A stretch of 34,761 bases of DNA from Octopus sinensis (Eukaryota). Below the pieces are notes generated by a model. It was not told where the DNA came from. It did no database searches and saw only the letters and a list, made by a program, of their open reading frames with translations. The DNA lies in contig NW_021831699.1 of NCBI RefSeq assembly GCF_006345805.1, positions 1 through 34,761 on the forward strand, written 5' to 3'. The position numbers and the translations under genes are program-made. Below, in pieces: positions 1 to 9,468 of this stretch; position 1 is the stretch's first letter; each line of letters opens with the position of its first letter.

Positions 1-224
1 ATTCTACAGCAAAGTATCAGAAATGTAGAGCACTAAAGTAAATCTATTTCAACAATCGCTTCCACATCTTTACGTTCTGAATTCAAATCACACATCACTA
101 ATTAATGAACATTTTAATTATCTTTCATCCATAAAGTAGCAATAATATACCAATCTCTGTGAAATGTCTATATTCCTCAACCAAAATTACTCTTTGATTT
201 AATTACGAAATCAATAAATATCAT

Positions 225-385
225 AGGCATGGCAGCGTAGTTAAGAAATTCGCTTCGCAATCACATGATTTCGAGTTCAGTTCCACAGCACACCACCTAG
301 AGCAAGTGTCATATACTATAGCCATGGGACGACCAATGCCTTGTAAGTGAATTTAGTAACCAGAAACTATAAGGAAGCCCATAGT
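225..385 (+). mobile_element. tRNA-derived SINE family A, degenerate 5' half, running into (TA)n
   Basis: Matches the head of the intact copies at 16195 and 21391-21784 (gcaagtgtc..tactatagcc..cgaccaatgccttgt.agtgaattt.gta). Confidence 0.75.
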
Positions 386-387
386 AA

Positions 388-441
<54 letters not shown>

Positions 442-457
442 ATATATATATATATAT
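386..457. repeat. (TA)n microsatellite
   Basis: Direct reading. Confidence 0.95.
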
Positions 458-1398
458 CCACATAATTATAATTAGGGTTCAGTTAATTGCTTCACCTCAA
501 CGAATTTAGAAATAGGAGTTAAAAATCCTTTTCTCCATGAAAATCTCCATGACGGTAAACAAACTTTTTTACGAAGGCAAAGAGAAAAACGATGAATCAA
601 CACGACCAGGATTAATTATATAGACGTTTCGAGATTAAAGTAATTTAAATTAAACTTACTTCTCTCTTCAGTATAATATTTCCAATTTATAAAATTTGAA
701 AGTGCTAGGGCTGAATATGCACACAATCAAGCGACATCATGTAACAGATATCCAACCAACACTTCCAAAATTTACAGAGCCGAATGTGAATACACTATTC
801 AAACTCTATACCCACGTGTGTGCTATGAGCAATACCGCAGAAAACTGCAGTATTCTATCATGGAGTAAATTATAATTTTAAATTATTAATAGAAGAGTAA
901 AATTTATTAATTAAATTGATTAATTAATTAATCGATTAATTAATAATTTTACCAAGTAAATCGGTACGTTAAAATAACCGTAATAGGTAAAATTCTCCAC
1001 ATAATTATAATTAGGATTCAGCTAATTGCTTCACCACATACCGAATTTAGAATAGGAATTAAAATTCCTTTTCTGCTACTATAAGGATCTCCATGACGGT
1101 AAACATGACGGTAAGTCACTTTAATCTCGAAACGCCTATATAATTAATCCTGGTCGTGTTGATTCATTGCTTTTCCCTTTGCCTTCGTTATGGAGATTCT
1201 TATAGTAGCAGAAAAGGAATTTTAACTCCTATTTCTAAATTCGGTATGTGGTGAAACAATTAGCTGAACCCTAATTATAATTATGTGAATAATTTTACCT
1301 ATAAAGGTTATTTTAACGTACCGATCTACTTGGTAAAATTATTAATTAATTGATTAATTAATTAATTAATTTAATAAATTTTACTCTTCTATTATTAA
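458..1398 (-). mobile_element. Non-autonomous Penelope-like mini-element: inverted pLTR + pLTR + ~200 nt body + hammerhead-bearing pLTR
   Basis: 458-563 is a direct repeat of 997-1104. 885-1100 is an inverted repeat of 1190-1396. 571-647 is the reverse complement of 1118-1189. Hammerhead at 616-678. No recognisable coding sequence. Confidence 0.65.
616..678 (-). ncRNA. Type I hammerhead ribozyme, canonical core
   Basis: Minus strand reads TATA-CTGAAGA-GAGA..TCTC-GAA-ACGT-C-TATA: canonical core, G10.1-C11.1, GUC triplet, loopless palindromic stem III. Confidence 0.7.
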
Positions 1399-1417
1399 TG
1401 TATATACATGTATATAT

Positions 1418-1567
1418 AGGAGAGTTTACGAAAAAACAAAAGACGAAGACAGGTGGTGTAGAAAACAAACAGATGTATTAGTATAACGCTCAGGAATAGA
1501 AAAAGTATTTTACGTTTCGATCCTACGCTCTTCTACAAAAGGGACACAGAAAAAAAAGAGAGGAGGA

Positions 1568-1572
<5 letters not shown>
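1418..1572 (-). mobile_element. PLE-type pLTR fragment (family P2) with decayed hammerhead-like motif at 1507-1541
   Basis: Homologous to 19505-19740. Minus strand TTGTAGA-A-GAGC GTAG GATC-GAA-ACGT-A. Flanked by TA tracts. Confidence 0.55.

Positions 1573-1661
<89 letters not shown>
1573..1661. repeat. (TA)n microsatellite
   Basis: Direct reading. Confidence 0.95.
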
Positions 1662-1664
<3 letters not shown>

Positions 1665-2522
1665 TAAAAAATGGAGTAACGCAGTGTAAACAAATATTTT
1701 TACTTTCGACACATGTTTCGAAAATTCCACAGATACTATTCAAAAGAATAAAGGGTATAAACAATGCAATCTTCTCCTCGGGAAAGTGAAAAAAACGAAA
1801 CTCGTCAATAAGACATTTTAGCAAAAAATGATGGATTCGTATAGCGATAGACAGAACGCTATTAATATTGTTTAAAAAAACGTTATATGATATAACGCCA
1901 TAAGTAGCTAACAGAAAGAGTAGGGATATTAATAGTGAATGTTAAATATAAAGGAAATTAAAGTTTAAATTATATATAATGATAGAGACTACTTATATGC
2001 ACTAAATGTATGTTTTTGCCAATGCTTACATCTGTATGCTCGTTCTATAACAAAAATGAGTAAAGAGAAATAATTCTGAGTGGCCAGTGGCATTTATATG
2101 AACAACATAGGCAGACACAGGAATTTTAAGTATCATACAACATAGAACATAAATCAAAATCATCGCCGCCTCTAGAGGATGTGTCACAATTACCAAATGA
2201 CAATTGAGAACAGCTCTATATGAGAAGGGGAGGCAACCTCAAGAATCTAAAATTGGCATACCATTAAAGAAAAAAGGACAGGCTTATAAGATAAAAGTAC
2301 AATCGTAGACGCGTATGTCTCCCTCCATAGGCGTCGTCAGCATGACAATTATTTTACCCTATCACCAGTGGCCATGTGACATAGACATAAAAAATGAATA
2401 GAACACATGACCTAAGCATCTTGCATAATTTGAACAAAGAATGAGCTAATAGAAATTACTCAGTGTGGCCAGAGGCATGTCTATGGACAACATAGACAAA
2501 TACAGGTGAATCAAATACAATA

Positions 2523-2739
2523 TTCTTTTACTCTTTTATTCTTTTACTTGTTTCAGTTATTTGGCAGCGGTCATGCTGAAGCATCACTTTTAGTCGAACG
2601 AATAGACCCCAGCGCTTATTCTTTGTAAGCCTAGTACTTATTCTACCGGTATCTTTTGCCGAACCGCTAAGTAAAAAAACACACCAACACCGGTTGTCAA
2701 GCGATGGTAGGGAGACAAGCACAGACATGCAAACACACA

Positions 2740-2784
<45 letters not shown>

Positions 2785-2788
2785 TATA

Positions 2789-2837
<49 letters not shown>

Positions 2838-3103
2838 ATCCAAACATGAAAACACAAAGAGAAAAAACAACAACGCGAGGACGTGGAACAAGTATAATGT
2901 TATTGGATGCTCAGGAAAGGAAAGAAAGGCTGCGGATTTAAAGTTCGAGCGGAGCTCTTCGTCAGAAACATAAGAAAAGGAATGATCCAAGGAAGGGAAG
3001 CCGGGGGAAAAACAATCGCCAACGATACACACGCGGTCACATATTGAATATATATATATATATATATAATATATTATATATATATATATATTATATATAT
3101 ATG

Positions 3104-3153
<50 letters not shown>

Positions 3154-3176
3154 ACATATATATATATGTGTGTGTG

Positions 3177-3223
<47 letters not shown>

Positions 3224-3374
3224 CATGACGGGCTTTTTTCGGTGTCCGTCTACCAAATCCACTCAGCCCGAGGTTTTAGTAGAAGACACTTGCCCAAGGT
3301 GCCACACAGTGGGACTGAACACGGAACCATGTGGCTGGGAAGCAAGCTTCTTACTACACAGTCACGCCTGCGCC
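2523..3374 (-). mobile_element. SINE family A, full length, split by microsatellite expansion and a pLTR insertion
   Basis: 3' half at 2523-2740 and 5' half at 3225-3374 both match the intact copy at 21391-21784. Confidence 0.85.
2833..3050 (-). mobile_element. PLE-type pLTR fragment (family P1) with decayed hammerhead at 2936-2969
   Basis: Homologous to 14190-14460. Minus strand GTTT-CTGACGA-A-GAGC TCC GCTC-GAAC-TTT-AAAT. TA tracts on both sides. Confidence 0.6.
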
Positions 3375-3408
3375 AGACAACATTAATTCTTACATTATTA
3401 AAATCATG

Positions 3409-3620
3409 AAGGCGGCTATCTGGCAGAATCGTTAGCAGGCTTGAAAAATGCTTAGGGGCATTTCGTCCGTCTCTACGTTCTGAGTTCAAAATTCCACCAA
3501 GGTCGACTTTGCTTGTCATCCTTTAAGGATCGATAAAATAAGTACCAGCTGAGTACTGGGGTCGATGTAACCGACTTATTCCTACCCTGAAATTTGTGGC
3601 CTTGTGCCAAAATTTGAAAG
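3409..3620 (+). mobile_element. SINE family B
   Basis: ggcggc..ctggcagaatcgttagca...gttctgagttcaaa..ttcc (B-box-like)...gtcgactttgc...aagtaccag; homologous to 5333-5565 and 24871-25083. Confidence 0.85.
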
Positions 3621-3887
3621 CAGTTCATTATGACCACTCCGCCTCTAGAGGATTGTCACAATTTTAAAAATGGCATTTAAGACCCGCTTCATTTCCAGTA
3701 GCTTAAGCGATCTTATAGTCAAGCCCTCGCTGGTTCAGCCAGTTTTTACTTACAGTTGTAGAGATCAAGCCAGCAAGGGAATCTCTATGTTGTTGCCGCT
3801 CGATATGCTGAGAATAATTGTCTAATCATCATTTATTTCAAAAAGAAAAAAACCCTATTGCCCTTAATACGGGAAACAAAGAACCTT

Positions 3888-4085
3888 TATCTTTCATGTC
3901 TTACTGGTTTTACTGCTCTGTGGCCATGCTAGGGCACCACCTTGACGAGTTTACGCAAACAAATCGACCCCCAGTACTTATTTGTAAATCTGGTACTTAT
4001 TCTATCGGTTTCAGTTGCCGAACTGGTAATTTAAGAAGATGACCAACACCAGTTGTCAAGCGATGGTAGGGAACAAACACAACAC
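3888..4085 (-). mobile_element. SINE family A, 3' half, followed by expanded (CA)/(TA) tract to 4272
   Basis: ggccatgct.gggcacc...aaatcgacccccagtactt...ggttgtcaagcgatgg. Confidence 0.8.
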
Positions 4086-4211
4086 AAAGTACATACACAC
4101 ACATATACACACAGAGACACATACATACATAGACACACACACACACACACATACATACACACACATATACACACAGAGACACATACATACATAGACACAC
4201 ACACCACACAC

Positions 4212-4269
<58 letters not shown>

Positions 4270-4272
4270 ATA

Positions 4273-4670
4273 TACTAGCAGTATCGCCCGGCGTTGCTCG
4301 GATTTGTAAGGGAAATAACTATATAAGTTTTAGAGAGTTATAGCCAAAAAATAGCAAAAAAAATGCATAAAAAATGGAAAAAAAAATTATGGTAAATTTT
4401 TTTTTAAATCGTTGACTCATCGTAGACATTTTTAGAGAGTTACTTCCCTTATATAATAGCGAAAAACATGCATTAAAATGGAAAAAAACGATGGTAATTT
4501 TTTTTTTAAATCGTAGACTCATCGTAGACGCGCGCTAATACCCAGAAAGGCTCGATATGAATCACGACTATAAGATACCCGGTTTTGGTTAAACTGCACC
4601 GCAAAATGTGGGAGTAGTTAGGAATCTAAATCGTAGGAGACAGACACACAACTTGACTTTTATATATAAA
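4273..4670 (+). mobile_element. Helitron-like non-autonomous element inserted in (TA)n
   Basis: Starts TACTAGC with subterminal CGCCCGGCGTTGCTCGG. Internal ~102 nt tandem duplication (4328-4530). Ends ggagtagttagg..acagacacaca..tttatatata. Classification from recalled DINE-1/Lep1-like layout. Confidence 0.55.
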
Positions 4671-4776
4671 TATATATATATATACTTACACGTAAAATAT
4701 AGGGTAGTGAATTTTTTAGAAATTTCACTACCACTGGCCTAGCATGTATAAAAAGTCAATAGACAACATATTCTCA

Positions 4777-5137
4777 ATATAAAATAGTGTACATTTAAAC
4801 ACAAGAGAAAACTGCCTTCAACAGGCAGTTTTTACACGCTAGAAGTAGTCAAAACTGCTAAAACCACATTTAAGAGCAATCTTCAATAGGAATGAAGAAT
4901 ATAAACTTTTACCTTGTTATTTTAATCCAGTCAGACCTAGGTTTCTAAATTTTTTTAGCAAATAAAATAATTTGCTAAGCGAAAATTTTCATCAATGACC
5001 GCACCGTAACACTAACATATAATTAAGAGACGAATAACAGGTGTCTCATCGTTATACATTATAATTTTTCAAATTCACCGCGCAAGCGCAGTTTCAGTCG
5101 GCGGTGAATTTGTGTTTAAATGTACACTATTTTATAT
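4777..5137. mobile_element. MITE with 28-bp perfect TIRs and internal hairpins
   Basis: 4777-4804 ATATAAAATAGTGTACATTTAAACACAA is the exact reverse complement of 5110-5137. Confidence 0.75.
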
Positions 5138-5160
5138 ATACTTACATATATATATATATA

Positions 5161-5565
5161 TTTCTTTATTGCGCACAGGGGGCTAAACACAGAGAGAACA
5201 GACAAAGGGATTAAGTCGATTACATCGACTCCAGTGCGTAACTGGTACTTATTTAATCGACCCCGAAAGAATGAAAGGCAAAGTCGACCACGGCAGAATT
5301 TGAACTCAGAACGTAACGGCAGACGAAATACCTATTTCTTTACTACCCACAAGGGGCTAAACACAGAGAGGACAAACAAGAACAGACAAACGGGTTAAGT
5401 CGATTACATCGACCCCAGTGCGTAAGTGGTACTTAATTTATCGACCCCAAAAGGATGAAAGGCAAAGTCGACCTCGGCGGAATTTGAACTCAGAACATAA
5501 CGGCAGACGAAATACCGCTAAGCATTTCGCCCGACATGCTAACGATACTGCCAGCTCGCCGCCCT
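5161..5565 (-). mobile_element. SINE family B, tandem dimer (full head copy 5333-5565 plus 5'-truncated copy 5161-5332)
   Basis: Two consecutive copies of ggggctaaacacagagag...gtcgattacatcgac...gaaaggcaaagtcgac...ggcagacgaaatacc. Confidence 0.85.
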
Positions 5566-5654
5566 CTTATGCATACATATACTTACTATTATATATATAT
5601 ATGCATACTTAGATATGCGTGCGTGCAGGTGTGTGTGTGTGTGTGTGTGTGTGT

Positions 5655-5885
5655 GTAGGGTGTTGCACTCACGATCGTGGTGCGTTGGGTTCTTGAGCAA
5701 AACACTTCATTTCACTAGTTACTCTAGTCCCCACATTCGATCAGGCGGGAATGTTGATCTACTCGCCTAGCCAGCCGGGTGACGTCGTTCGAAGGCTAAA
5801 ACGATTCAAAGTGCACTGTGACCAATGATGTGTAACAACTTCTGATTACCTGAGTGGTCACGTGGTCACGTGGTCATGTGGTCAT
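5655..5885 (+). mobile_element. SINE of family C type, truncated, with (GTGGTCAC)n-like tail
   Basis: gttcttgagcaaaacacttcatttcac is shared with 10136-10392; tail shared with 8432-8553. Confidence 0.6.
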
Positions 5886-5889
5886 ATAT

Positions 5890-6004
5890 ACATACGACGG
5901 GCTTCTTTCAGTTTCCGCTCACCAAATCCATTCACAAGGTTTTGATTGGCCCAAGCCTACAGTAGAAGACACTTGCCAAGTGCAACGCAGTGAGGCAAAC
6001 CCAA
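5890..6004 (-). mobile_element. SINE family A, internal 5' fragment
   Basis: acgacgggcttctttcagtttcc...caaatcca.tcacaagg...agtagaagacacttgcc. Confidence 0.75.
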
Positions 6005-6530
6005 GATATGGAGCACTTTTGATCATGGGTTTGTTCAAATTGTGTTGCCTTAGAGCTGAGCAACAAAAAGAGTTGTAAAAGCCAGTCAGACAGATTATCT
6101 AAGATGCGGTAACTTTTATGGAATGTTTGATGTTAAATCTTCAGTGTTAGTATTTTGGTAATAATTAAGTACTTGTAACTATAATCACCGATGCAATTAA
6201 CTAATTATCAAACGTCTACACAGTAATTTTGATAATGATATTGCCTTCATCAAGGAATTAATTGAAGCCATAAATCGAAATCTTGTAAATTTTTGAACCG
6301 TGAAAAAAATGTTAAAATTTGTCAAAATACCAATACTTGACTTAATCAATAATTGCTGTTTGATCACCATTAACACACTACACCTCTTCCCTTTCATTCA
6401 GGTACACACACAGACACACACACACACACACACATTGATTGCCATTTTCACAACACACACACATACGTACATAGATACATACATACATACATACATACAT
6501 ACATACATACATACATACATACATACATAC

Positions 6531-7120
6531 AAGGTTGTGCAAAAGTAAAACTGAAGACATCAACCACATTATTACCAACAGCGAGAGAATGTGTTTTAGA
6601 TACAGTGGTTAAAACAATCTGGAATAGAACAAGAAAAATAAAGTAAGTACAAGCTGACAAAGTTGACTACATTTAACCGAGGGTTAAAAGAATATTAATT
6701 AAAATAGTTTTAATTTTTAAGTGGAACTTAAAAGTTAAAACTGCCACGAAGTTAAAACAATTGGCTAGATATCGTTGCGTGGGACCACAAAGAAACTATA
6801 TGCCTTGCTGTGGAAATCAGCTGCCTTCTGGACACCAATACGGTCATAAAAATGCAGGAGAAAGAGAACGTTTATCGACCCTCAATAAGGGGTTTGCAAA
6901 TCCAGTACCCAGGGTACGCTTTCAGATTCATATCTGCTATCATTTGAATAACTTACTACGTTCCAACCTGTCTGGAGCAATGTATGGCTGAACTTGGGTC
7001 GTTGAGGGAGGGAATGCAACTCTTCAGTTCATACTCTGCACCTAATCTCGAGATCTGGAACGAAAAAAAATCTACAATATCTAAATATTTAATAGAAGAT
7101 GAAGAAAAATGCTTTCCTTC
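6531..7120 (+). pseudogene. RLE-type (R4/Dong-like) non-LTR retrotransposon 3' fragment: decayed CCHC knuckle + restriction-like endonuclease
   Basis: Manual translation with frameshifts: RLCKSKTEDINHII..DTVVKTIWN..WNLKVKTATKL..LDIVAWDHKETICLAVEISCLLDTN..QEKENVYRP..LQIQYPGYAFRF. Confidence 0.75.
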
Positions 7121-7167
7121 ATAACCTTACTACCAAGCAGGTGGCTGGTCAGAATTAACGTTTATCT

Positions 7168-7440
7168 ATTATCTTTTACTTGTTTCAGTCACTAAGTTGC
7201 GTCCATGCTGGGGCACTGCCTTCAAGAACTTTTAATCGAATGAATCGACCGCAGTAGTTATTTATTTTAAGCGTGGTATTTATTATATCCGTCCCGTCGC
7301 CGAGTCGCTATGTTACAGGAACGTAAACACAACAGCGCACTGGTTGTCAAGTGGGGAACATCAACAGACACAAAGACACACGCACACACATATACATATT
7401 ATTCTTTTACTTATTTCAGTCATTTGATTTCACCATGCTG
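7168..7440 (-). mobile_element. SINE family A, 3' half (degenerate) plus a short second tail fragment
   Basis: cttttacttgtttcagtca...ccatgctggggcac...ggttgtcaag. Confidence 0.75.
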
Positions 7441-7457
7441 ATATATATATATATTCA

Positions 7458-8327
7458 TACAAGCTGACGTACCCGGTAATTCCCGGGAAAGCGGAGCTTA
7501 TCCCTTGGTTCCAATCTCATAATTGTTTCGCTAATCCAATAACAACAATACAACATATGTAGCCCTTAAAACGGTTTTCGTACATTTACAGAGAATACCA
7601 AAGTGTCTTACACAGGATCTTGTTTTAAGGAATTCCCAATAAGTTATGAATACCCAAATTGTAAAGTCAGTTATGTAATAACATGAAATTAGTTACCTGA
7701 TAATAAAAATTCAAATAAAGTAGCCCCGAAAAGGGCTTTAATGCGTTCTCGGGGTATATAGAACTTATGAAGAAATACTAATAAGGTATATATACTAAAA
7801 TCGTAAAGCATGTTACGTAATAACAGGCTAATCAGATAGGAGATAATATGAATTCAAAGTAAATAACTCTGAAATGGGCTTTTGTGCGTTCCCAGAGAGT
7901 ATTACCCTCAGCGGCGCAAGTGTTGGCGTATTTGTGAATATGTCACTAACCGAAATAAGTGGATCTATTGTTTAGGAAAATTCCATTTACTTGTTTAAGA
8001 GTTGTACTGGATAAATTGCGAAAATGATTCTAATAGTTCAAATACTAAGAAATAAGCATACTCAGTTTGATTTATACCGAATGATTTAGGAAAATGAATG
8101 GGTTATTTCCCTTGGCTGTTGAAATGAAATATATTAGATATATATGAGGATCCCTTCCAGGGGCCCTATTATCGATTTTTTTTTTCAACATTCTGAGTAT
8201 GCCATGAGGTTTCCAGATGTGAGTTCTACTCACGTGTCAAGTTTCATCAAAATCGATAAAATGATGTAGGAGTAGTTAGCTAACAACTCCACAAACACAC
8301 CCACAGACAGAATTTCCCTCATATGTA

Positions 8328-8333
<6 letters not shown>
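7458..8333 (+). mobile_element. Helitron-like non-autonomous element
   Basis: 5' TACAAGCTGACGTACCCGG..CCCGGG; 3' aagtttcatcaaaatcg..ggagtagttag..cacagacaga; same layout as 4273-4670; TA tracts on both sides. Confidence 0.5.
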
Positions 8334-8388
<55 letters not shown>

Positions 8389-8431
8389 TATATTATATAT
8401 ATATATATAATATATATATATATATTATATA

Positions 8432-8553
8432 TTTGCCTGCTCACTTAGCCAGCGGGCTGGTGTCATATGAAGGCAAAAACAATGCGAAGCGCATTGTGAC
8501 CAGCGATGTGTAGCAACATCTGATAGACTGTTCGGTCACGGTGATCACGGTGA
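8432..8553 (+). mobile_element. SINE 3' tail fragment
   Basis: gcattgtgaccagcgatgtgtagcaacatctgat..ggtcacggtgatcacggtgat is homologous to 5780-5885. Confidence 0.6.
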
Positions 8554-8563
8554 TATATATATA

Positions 8564-9229
8564 TATCAGAGTAATGGCGCTAAGCAGTGTTTACGTATAA
8601 TCACAATTTAGGTTAGTTGCTAAAGGCAAATACACTGCAATTACCGTGGAGCAAAAATCTCTCTTATGATAAAATAGTGAGAAAATATCCAGTTCTTTCA
8701 GTGTCGCCCTCTCTCGGGGATCTCAGTAAACTCGAAATATCGATGTCTGAGACTCCCGAGAGAGGGCAACACTGAACGAACTGGGTGTTTTCACACCTTT
8801 TAACCATGAGATATGATATTTTTTTCTCCACAGTAATTGCAATGTATTTGCCTTTAGCAGTTGAAATATGTGACAAACCTATTTCAATTAACCTAAATCG
8901 TGATTATGCGTAAACACTGCTTAGCGCCATTACTCCGATATTTTTTCTCGATCGAGCGATTTACTAGCGCAAATCAGTCAATGTGTTGTATGACTTATAT
9001 AAAGCTATAAGCTTTATTCAGCTCGTTCAGAGTTGCTTCTTTTAGGCACATCTCATCGACAAGAGTCAATAAACTCGAAACATCGATGTCTGATATTCCC
9101 GCGAGAGGGCGACACTGGACGAATTGGGTATTTTCACACCGTTTTACCATAAGAGAGATTTTTTCTCCACATTAACTGCAGTGTATTTGCCTGTAGCAGT
9201 TGAAATATGAGACAAACTTATTTCAACTA
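8564..9229 (+). mobile_element. Non-autonomous Penelope-like mini-element: inverted pLTR + pLTR + ~110 nt body + hammerhead-bearing pLTR
   Basis: 8564-8726 is an inverted repeat of 8747-8940. 8727-8888 is a direct repeat of 9070-9229 (343 nt period). Hammerhead fold at 9050-9096. TA runs at both ends. Confidence 0.7.
9050..9096 (+). ncRNA. Type I hammerhead-like ribozyme with variant core (U3, C4, A8)
   Basis: ATCTCA-TCGACAA-GAGT caataa ACTC-GAA-ACATCGATGT-C-TGATAT; sister copies give TGAGAC/TGAGAT for the 3' strand of stem I. Confidence 0.6.
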
Positions 9230-9252
9230 CCTATATTGGTAATATATATATA

Positions 9253-9468
9253 TACCACGGAGTTCTTTCGGTTTCTATATACCGACTCCATTCTCAAGGC
9301 CCGAGACTATAATGGAAAGCACTTGCTTACGGTTCCACACAGTGAGACTGAACCCGGAACCATGTGGTTGGTAAACTTCTTACCACACAGCCACGCCTAC
9401 GCTTCAAAATTAAAAGAGAAAAAGAAAATACACTTACACAGGGAAGGTAGGTTTTTCAAGCTAAGACA
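9253..9468 (-). mobile_element. SINE family A 5' half plus unique 5' flank (copy 1 of a local duplication)
   Basis: 9290-9468 aligns with 10747-10915 across the SINE/non-SINE junction. Confidence 0.75.

Noticed and set aside
1701-1740. Minus-strand CTGTGGA..GAAACATGTGTC hammerhead-like string, and a possible decayed GIY-YIG tail at 1740-1950
   Set aside because: No stem II or stem I can be drawn; the peptide similarity is too weak to call by eye
2305-2346. Minus-strand CTGACGA..GAGAC..ACGCGTC
   Set aside because: GAAA is broken and the stems are only 2-3 bp; no second copy in the window to support it
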